Positions 61,140 through 64,000 of a stretch of 64,000 nt of DNA are shown piece by piece. A program made the position numbers and the translations under genes. This DNA is from Tolypothrix carrinoi HA7290-LM1 (lineage in GTDB: Bacteria; Cyanobacteriota; Cyanobacteriia; Cyanobacteriales; Nostocaceae): positions 1 through 64,000 of the forward strand of contig JAHHIK010000008.1 in NCBI GenBank assembly GCA_019358935.1, in the 5' to 3' direction. The notes beneath the pieces are model-generated. The model was given only the letters and a program-made list of their open reading frames with translations. It did no database searches and was not told the DNA's origin. Within the stretch, counting starts at the first letter, position 1. The number at the start of each line of letters is the position of its first letter.

Positions 61140-63422
61140 TTGACAATGCAGTTGAACCCCAGAAACACCCATCCTGCTAAGAAAACTAAATCGATACCTC
61201 TGCGCTTGATTCTTGTCGTTCCCTTTGTGCTGCAAATCTTTGCGGCTGTGGGGTTGGTGGGATATCTTTCCTTTAAAAATGGGCAACAAGCAGTTAATGA
61301 CCTGGCGAATCAGCTAATTGATAAAGCTAGTCAGCAAGTTGATGAACATTTAGCTATTTATCTAGCGTTACCACAGCAACTGAGTCAACTGAATGCGGAT
61401 GCAATTTCCGCAGGACAACTCAATTTAAATAATCAAAGGGCAAACGAGCAATATCTCTGGCGACAAGCCAAAGCCTTTAAGGATATCACATACATCGGCT
61501 ATGTGTTAACCGACGGCAGAGAAGCTGGAGCGGGACGCTGGATTAACGGTGTCGATCTGCTAGTCTACGAAAACTTAATTGGAGATGGCAAAGCGTCAGA
61601 ATATATTGCGGATAACCGGGGAAACCGCGCTAAACTTTTGCAAAGCTATGAGTTTGATCCCTGGACGCAACAAGGCACTAAAGATGCAGCCCGATTAGGC
61701 AAACCTATTTGGGGTCCTATCTTTACGTTTGATCCGGGGAATGTAAAAATCACTCAAGAAGGTAAGGCGCTACAAACCAAAAACTCAACTTCCAATAATG
61801 GATTTGAGTATTATGTCGGCTTACCTGCCAGATATCCAATCTACGATCAAAATGGTAAACTGCTCGGTGTCATAGCCATTGATCTGCTACTGACGAATAT
61901 CAGTGAGTTTCTTCATAGCATAAAAGTCAGTTCGTCTGGGCAAGTCTTCATCATCGAGCGCGATGGAATGCTGGTTGGCAGTTCTAGTAAGCATTCCATC
62001 TTGCATAAAGTAAATGGAAAAGCAGAACGATTTAGTGTTCTTAAAAGTCCCGATCCGTTGATTCGCAGTATTGCTAGTGAGTTGAAAAAAAGGTTTAAAA
62101 ATTTTCAATCTATCCAGAAGAATCAAGAGCTTAACATCACCTTCAACGGAGAACGTCAGTTTATACAAGTGACTCCGTGGCGAGATAAATATGGTTTAGA
62201 CTGGCTCGTAGTTGTGACGATGCCAGAATCAGACTTCATGGCACAAATTAACGCTAATACTCGCACAACCATCTTATTATGTTTGGCGGCATTGGCAGTT
62301 GCAATTCTATTAGGAATATATACAGCAAGCTGGATTACCAGTCCAATTCTACGCTTGAGTCAAGCATCGTCAGCGATCGCCATTGGAAAACTGAATCAAA
62401 TTGTCGAAGAAACTCAGGTTAACGAACTGAATATTCTTGCTCGTTCTTTTAACAGAATGGCGCAGCAATTGCGAGATTATTTTGCAGCTTTAGAGACAAC
62501 AAATCAACAACTAGAACAGACAAACGAAGTCTTAGAAGTTCGTGTTACTCAAAGGACAGAAGAACTTTCTCAAACACTCCACGAACTACAACAAATGCAA
62601 ACTCAGTTAGTGCACAATGAAAAAATGTCAGCACTAGGGCAAATGGTTGCCGGAATAGCACATGAAATTAATAACCCAGTAAATTTTATCCACGGCAACC
62701 TTACCCACGTCAATCAGTATACGCAAGATATACTGCAAGTGCTTGAAGCATATAAACAACATTATGCAAATCCGCCGAAATCACTTCAAGAATTACTTGA
62801 TGAAATTGATATTCACTTTATTACCGAAGACTTAACTAAAATTCTTCAGTCGATGAAAGTTGGTACAACTCGCATCCGGGAAATTGTCTTATCACTGCGA
62901 AGCTTTTCGCGTTTAGATGAAGCCGAATTCAAAAAAGCAGATATTCACGAAGGTATTGACAATACATTAATGATTTTACAGCACCGTTTCCAAGCACAAA
63001 ATCACCAAAAAGAAATTCAAATTATTAAACAATACGGTAACTTGCCTTTAGTTGAATGCTATGCCGGACAATTAAATCAGGTATTGATGAACTTAATTGC
63101 AAATGCCATTGATGCACTAGAAGAAATAGAAGTAACTAATAATTTTCAAGTGCCGACAATTTGGATTCATACCCAACTAACAAATGAAAATAAGGTATTA
63201 ATTTCCATTCGTGATAATGGCGTAGGTATTCCGGAGAACATTCGTACTAAATTATTTAATCCTTTCTTTACTACTAAAGCTGTAGGCAAAGGAACTGGTT
63301 TAGGATTATCTATCAGCTATCAAATAGTAGTTGAAAAGCATCGCGGTAAATTATGGTGTGATTCAATACTAGGTCAAGGTACAAAATTTGTGATTGAGAT
63401 ACCGTTAAAGCCAAATTTATAG
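61140..63422 (+). CDS. Membrane sensor histidine kinase (Cache + HAMP)
   Basis: Two TM segments, [35 protein letters not shown]. Confidence 0.93.
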   Translation: MTMQLNPRNTHPAKKTKSIPLRLILVVPFVLQIFAAVGLVGYLSFKNGQQAVNDLANQLIDKASQQVDEHLAIYLALPQQLSQLNADAISAGQLNLNNQRANEQYLWRQAKAFKDITYIGYVLTDGREAGAGRWINGVDLLVYENLIGDGKASEYIADNRGNRAKLLQSYEFDPWTQQGTKDAARLGKPIWGPIFTFDPGNVKITQEGKALQTKNSTSNNGFEYYVGLPARYPIYDQNGKLLGVIAIDLLLTNISEFLHSIKVSSSGQVFIIERDGMLVGSSSKHSILHKVNGKAERFSVLKSPDPLIRSIASELKKRFKNFQSIQKNQELNITFNGERQFIQVTPWRDKYGLDWLVVVTMPESDFMAQINANTRTTILLCLAALAVAILLGIYTASWITSPILRLSQASSAIAIGKLNQIVEETQVNELNILARSFNRMAQQLRDYFAALETTNQQLEQTNEVLEVRVTQRTEELSQTLHELQQMQTQLVHNEKMSALGQMVAGIAHEINNPVNFIHGNLTHVNQYTQDILQVLEAYKQHYANPPKSLQELLDEIDIHFITEDLTKILQSMKVGTTRIREIVLSLRSFSRLDEAEFKKADIHEGIDNTLMILQHRFQAQNHQKEIQIIKQYGNLPLVECYAGQLNQVLMNLIANAIDALEEIEVTNNFQVPTIWIHTQLTNENKVLISIRDNGVGIPENIRTKLFNPFFTTKAVGKGTGLGLSISYQIVVEKHRGKLWCDSILGQGTKFVIEIPLKPNL

Positions 63423-63441
63423 GGAAAATTGTAAGAGTGCG

Positions 63442-63468
63442 TAGACGCAGAGACGCTTGTCGCAAAAT
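63442..63468 (-). mobile_element. 27-bp minimal HIP1-splitting element
   Basis: Minus strand GCGAT[ATTTTGCGACAAGCGTCTCTGCGTCTA]CGC. Confidence 0.7.
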
Positions 63469-63538
63469 ATCGCTTGAGTTCAAAAAAGCGATATCATAGT
63501 ATTAACGTAACTATTAAAAATAACAACTGCATCCAAAA

Positions 63539-63709
63539 ATGGAAAAATTACTTAACATCCATATTGAAAAATTACCAGAAGGTGTTTATTTAGCAACATC
63601 AGATGAGCTTCAAGGTTTAGTCGCTCAAGGACGGACGGTTGCTGAAACTTTAGAAATTGCCCGTGATGTAGCGCGTAAGTTATTGGAAGCACAATCTCAG
63701 GATGAATAA
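63539..63709 (+). CDS. HicB-like/DUF1902 small protein, 56 aa (below ORF-track cutoff)
   Basis: MEKLLNIHIEKLPEGVYLATSDELQGLVAQGRTVAETLEIARDVARKLLEAQSQDE. Confidence 0.8.
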   Translation: MEKLLNIHIEKLPEGVYLATSDELQGLVAQGRTVAETLEIARDVARKLLEAQSQDE

Positions 63710-64000
63710 TCTGTTATTCAGTAGATTCATTGTATGTAGTGGGATTGTGTGAGCCTTATTTTCGCTCATGATTTTTTGGGAATAAATATAATTATAAAAA
63801 AGCTCAGAATACGAAAAATAGGAATAATAAGTAACGTAAAAATTAAAAGAGTGCGATCGCATGCTTTATCAGGATATATAATCTCTTGTTTTAAGACACC
63901 ATTGTGATTTGGGTCATTGATTGTGATGTACTTTTTGTATGTGGTCATTTAAATCTTGCTGCATTTCTTATTTATATATTAATCGTGTAATCATATCTTG

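Noticed and set aside
63766..63948. 60-aa ORF MTTYKKYITINDPNH
   Set aside because: Only the first ~15 residues look like a real gene start; probably a remnant, too weak to call.

Overview
Chromosomal segment of a filamentous, probably heterocyst-forming cyanobacterium (Nostocales-like). This is inferred from very frequent HIP1 octamers (GCGATCGC), heptameric STRR-type tandem repeats, and plmA, devT-like and cruP-like genes. Core blocks are rnj-dapA-asd, tig-clpP-clpX, plmA/dienelactone hydrolase/S1 protein, tRNA-Ser-devT/nadA, a Wzm/Wzt plus glycosyltransferase cluster, cruP, rpmF, an aldehyde dehydrogenase, two histidine kinases and ureDABC. Accessory patches lie between them: a triplicated XRE-HTH/divergent-gene module (13.9-16.2 kb), a partly decayed toxin-antitoxin cluster (21-26 kb), two STAND/NLR-like proteins, Uma2/Rpn/GxxExxY nuclease-like genes, and a radical SAM plus methyltransferase pair. 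The most notable observations are: (1) a GxxExxY gene inside the urease operon bracketed exactly by ~45-bp inverted repeats that also occur as solo copies, a candidate mobile element/repeat system; (2) HIP1-splitting small elements present as a nested size series (27-28, 130 and 298 bp), with an empty site visible in a paralogous copy; (3) the triplicated HTH module with a conserved double-HIP1 hairpin and divergent promoter; (4) an AAA-WD40-TPR protein with 14 near-identical WD repeats that vary mainly at a few columns; (5) palindromic and STRR repeats inserted in frame into genes including ureC and ureD. Family assignments come from recognising motifs by eye; no database searches were run.
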